Virus record (IMG/VR): IMGVR_UViG_3300043756_000110
Coordinates: 1 to 57,013 of that record
Direction: 5' to 3' (one strand)
From: a virus
Taxonomy: Duplodnaviria > Caudoviricetes
DNA length: 57,013 nt
Part shown: positions 55,442 through 57,013 of the stretch, in pieces
Position numbering within the stretch: the first letter of the stretch is position 1
Layout: each line of letters starts with the position of its first letter
Translations under genes and position numbers: made by a program
Notes under the pieces: model-generated
Databases searched by the model: none
What the model saw: only the letters and a program-made list of their open reading frames with translations
Told to the model about the DNA's origin: nothing

Positions 55442-57013
55442 TCGGCAACGCCAAACCTTCAAAGCGAGTTTTCGCGGGATGAACACCCACGAACCACCGG
55501 ATGCGGAACCCGCAGGAAAGTGGCCACTCGCGGTTAACATCCGTGCGGATGGCGACAACAAAATCCGAACCCGCCCCGGTTATGACAAAGGTTGGGACAC
55601 CGGAACCGGCGGGCCAATTACCGATATCGGTAGTTACGCTGCACTCAATACGGATAGCCAGCCGCGGATTCTCATCCATGATGAAGCCGGTCATGTGTAC
55701 TTGGATCCGCCGGTCGGAACTCCTGGCGCTTTCGAGAATAAGGGAACAGTCGGTAGCGGGGGCGTGGGGGCGAGCATCATTCCGTTCCGACCATCGGCGT
55801 CGCCTCAGAGTTGGGCTTACATTGCCAACCCGACGGGATATGAAAAGTTCTCTGCGCCGGATTCCAACAATGATGTCGTGGCTCAGAAGGTGGGGATTGC
55901 CGAACCCCAGCCGCAACCGGAAATGGTTCCGGACGGATTCTACTTCCATGAATTCGGGGGTGGGGCGGGCAATTACATTCCAAGCGGGCATGCGACCAAT
56001 CTTCACGATGTGATCCGGTTGCAGGATACGGTAGGCGTTGTCATTGCCGACCCCGTTCAGCCGCCAGATATCAATCAGCGCTACTACATTCAGGTCGGTG
56101 GTATCAGTACCTACAACAACCCTGCCGATGCCGCTTCGGGCCTCATCACGCTTCCGAATGGAACCACTCAATCCGCACAGTATCAGTTGCCCATTGCTTA
56201 CCAGATTGGAATGTTGCTGCTCTTCGGCGGCACGGTGACTCCGGGTGCTCTTGGCTTTGTCATCTCGAACCCGGTTGCGCGCACGGTGGTGGAAGATGTG
56301 ATGTATCCGCTCCAGGATGAGGGCGGCATTGTTATTCAAGAGATTTACTACTTTGAAGGCCAGATGACGGGCACTCGGCACCGCTGTGTGATTGTGCCGA
56401 ACCAGATTGGCCTCTTGAAGCATTCGATTGTGGCCGGGGAAGGTCAGCCTGCCGGGGCCATTCAGCCGCCCTTTATCAATCCGGTTGCGGGCCTGCGCCG
56501 GGGTTCGATGATTCAATTGAATGGGGGCGAAGTGATCCTGGTGGAAGCGATGATCCTAGGACCCACCGGACAAGTGGCCATCTACACCGCGACGACGGGA
56601 TTCCATGCCGTGGGAGAAACGATTACAGGCGTGACATCGCTGGCGGTAGCGAACATTGACCCATCGATTTCAGGCATGACCGTCCGCTCGCCTCAGATCA
56701 ACTTTCAGGTGACTTCTGGATTGTCGGCGGTCACCTTCGGGGGTTCCGGACTTGGCGGCTTGCCTCCGCCCATCACGCCCAATCCATTTACCTTGCCGCT
56801 TGGGGATATGGGCATCCCGCAAGAAAACGATTTGGTGCACATCTCGCTTTCGGTGGTGCCGGACCCCGGGTCGTCCACACCGCAAGAGCTGATCCAGATG
56901 AAGGTTTCGTTCGACATCAATGACGGGTCGTTCACCAAAGACACTTACTATTACCCGGTTTCCACATCCATTCTCGGAGCCGCTGCCGATACGGGAAAGC
57001 CTCCCGCCTCCGA
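55434..57013 (+). CDS. N-terminal part of the large tail (nozzle-like) protein, continuing at 2-2605
   Basis: RBS GGAGG, GTG 55434, MADRQRQTFKASFRGMNT...; open to the window end and in frame with ORF 2-2605. Missing from the ORF track. Confidence 0.8.
   Translation, partial: MADRQRQTFKASFRGMNTHEPPDAEPAGKWPLAVNIRADGDNKIRTRPGYDKGWDTGTGGPITDIGSYAALNTDSQPRILIHDEAGHVYLDPPVGTPGAFENKGTVGSGGVGASIIPFRPSASPQSWAYIANPTGYEKFSAPDSNNDVVAQKVGIAEPQPQPEMVPDGFYFHEFGGGAGNYIPSGHATNLHDVIRLQDTVGVVIADPVQPPDINQRYYIQVGGISTYNNPADAASGLITLPNGTTQSAQYQLPIAYQIGMLLLFGGTVTPGALGFVISNPVARTVVEDVMYPLQDEGGIVIQEIYYFEGQMTGTRHRCVIVPNQIGLLKHSIVAGEGQPAGAIQPPFINPVAGLRRGSMIQLNGGEVILVEAMILGPTGQVAIYTATTGFHAVGETITGVTSLAVANIDPSISGMTVRSPQINFQVTSGLSAVTFGGSGLGGLPPPITPNPFTLPLGDMGIPQENDLVHISLSVVPDPGSSTPQELIQMKVSFDINDGSFTKDTYYYPVSTSILGAAADTGKPPAS
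56855..57013 (+). repeat. Terminal direct repeat, right copy
   Basis: Matches 1-159. Confidence 0.95.

Noticed and set aside
55371-56516. 381-aa minus-strand ORF and other long antisense ORFs (e.g. 43707-44591, 41034-41831)
   Set aside because: These are shadows of well-supported plus-strand genes in GC-rich DNA.

Overview
The window is a complete, circularly permuted temperate dsDNA phage genome of about 56,854 bp. Bases 56855-57013 repeat bases 1-159, and one ~1341-aa tail gene spans the junction. The virion module looks podovirus-like: TerS/TerL, portal, scaffold, major capsid, three tandem paralogous capsid-accessory genes, adaptor/nozzle-like genes, tailspikes and ejection proteins, with no recognisable tape-measure or sheath gene. 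Other modules are a divergent XRE-HTH switch, xis-like gene and tyrosine integrase, a Toprim/AAA primase-helicase with an iteron-like cluster, RuvC, ERF plus YqaJ recombination genes, a PEP-CTERM cargo gene and a ~9 kb block of signal-peptide-bearing adhesin-like genes. The standout is a candidate RNA-guided system without a CRISPR array. A stand-alone Cas7/RAMP-like gene (13184-12513) is followed by seven, plus one orphan, minus-strand non-coding units of strict 5-nt period (GGY-NN)n. Each unit ends in a covarying GGG-stem/NAU-loop hairpin. Reading the variable NN of the first unit as codon positions 1-2 matches 9 of 10 consecutive codons in the phage's own winged-helix gene at 21807-21835, which suggests a gapped (skip-every-third-base) targeting code. 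From memory this resembles the recently reported VIPR (Viral Interference Programmable Repeat) systems; I could not verify that here. All functional calls come from motif recognition and synteny only.
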